From: a virus
Taxonomy: Duplodnaviria > Caudoviricetes
Length of the DNA: 64,000 nt
Reading direction: 5' to 3' (one strand)
IMG/VR virus record: IMGVR_UViG_3300042451_000960
Shown: positions 63,432 to 64,000 of the stretch, one piece after another
Numbering within the stretch: position 1 is the first letter of the stretch
Layout: the number at the start of each line of letters is the position of its first letter
Position numbers and translations under genes: made by a program
The notes under the pieces: generated by a model
What the model was told of the DNA's origin: nothing
Databases searched by the model: none
What the model saw: only the letters and a program-made list of their open reading frames with translations

Positions 63432-63998
63432 TTACTTTTTAGATAGTTGCTCTTTTAACTCTTTTATTTCTGCTCTAGCACTATCCAAGTCAGCTTTCAA
63501 TTCTTTAATAGATTCTATAAACAAACCTGCTAAGTTACCATATGCTACATTATATATACCAAGATTATCTTTACTTACAACTTCAGGCACAATATCCATA
63601 ATTTCTTGTGCAATAACACCCATTTGTTTTCCTGTAGGTCCATCTTTATCAGTTCTTACGAATGTTACACCTCTTAATTTATTAACTTTATCTAAAGCAT
63701 TTGGTATTGTTTCAATCTCACCTTTTAATCTAACATCAGAATATGCCGTTACGTTACCTGCCATTGTCAAGTTACCACTCATATCCATTACAAATCTATT
63801 AGCTCCTGCAGACCATCCACCTATTCTAAATACGTTATCATCATCCAATCCCATATTAATAGCGTAATGACCACCTTTATGGAATGACATGAATGCTGAG
63901 TTATTACCAGTAGAATATGCTTGAAGTATTGCACTATTTGAATTGTTTACAGCTTGCCCACCATTATTTGTTAAATGGTATTTGATACCTGTATAAGT
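63432..63998 (-). CDS. Tail fibre C-terminus with S74-type intramolecular chaperone (partial, runs off window end)
   Basis: AYSDVRLKGEI...ALDKVNKLRGV...GVIAQE...PEVV...VAYGNL plus coiled-coil end. The frame stays open upstream of the track's Met (TYTGIKYHLTNNGG...). Confidence 0.85.
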   Translation of the reverse strand, partial: TYTGIKYHLTNNGGQAVNNSNSAILQAYSTGNNSAFMSFHKGGHYAINMGLDDDNVFRIGGWSAGANRFVMDMSGNLTMAGNVTAYSDVRLKGEIETIPNALDKVNKLRGVTFVRTDKDGPTGKQMGVIAQEIMDIVPEVVSKDNLGIYNVAYGNLAGLFIESIKELKADLDSARAEIKELKEQLSKK

Positions 63999-64000
63999 TA

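Noticed and set aside
1-64000. Stop-codon reassignment, as seen in some large Bacteroidetes phages
   Set aside because: Core genes are full length under code 11, and both TAG (20840) and TGA (59108) serve as ordinary stops.

Overview
This 64 kb window is part of a large, AT-rich, T4-like (contractile-tailed) bacteriophage genome. Essentially all credible genes lie on the minus strand, and the standard genetic code fits. In transcription order (high to low coordinates) it holds: (1) a tail module: fibre end with an S74-type chaperone, sheath, tube, a tail-assembly chaperone with a probable programmed +1 frameshift, tape measure, baseplate proteins; (2) an accessory block of DxD glycosyltransferase-like proteins, a GT25, a carbamoyltransferase, two SGNH hydrolases and a 2OG-Fe(II) oxygenase; (3) a complete tmRNA, a divergent short family-A polymerase, a signal-peptide nuclease, a 1410-aa mosaic protein and a GH19 endolysin; (4) a T4-like replication core: SSB, RecA/UvsX, 5' nuclease, helicase, class II RNR, thioredoxin, PolB, clamp, clamp loader, dUTPase, Cas4-like nuclease. 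A candidate DNA-hypermodification island (two Mom-like genes, a GIY-YIG/ParB fusion, a GT-B coupled to polB, a DUF4338-like gene) is embedded in this core; (5) a ~12.6 kb sugar-modification cluster. Nine intergenic TTTG-N20-TAnnTTT(G/A) motifs match the Bacteroidetes primary-sigma promoter, which points to a Bacteroidetes host. All product calls come from motif recognition by eye; no database searches were run.
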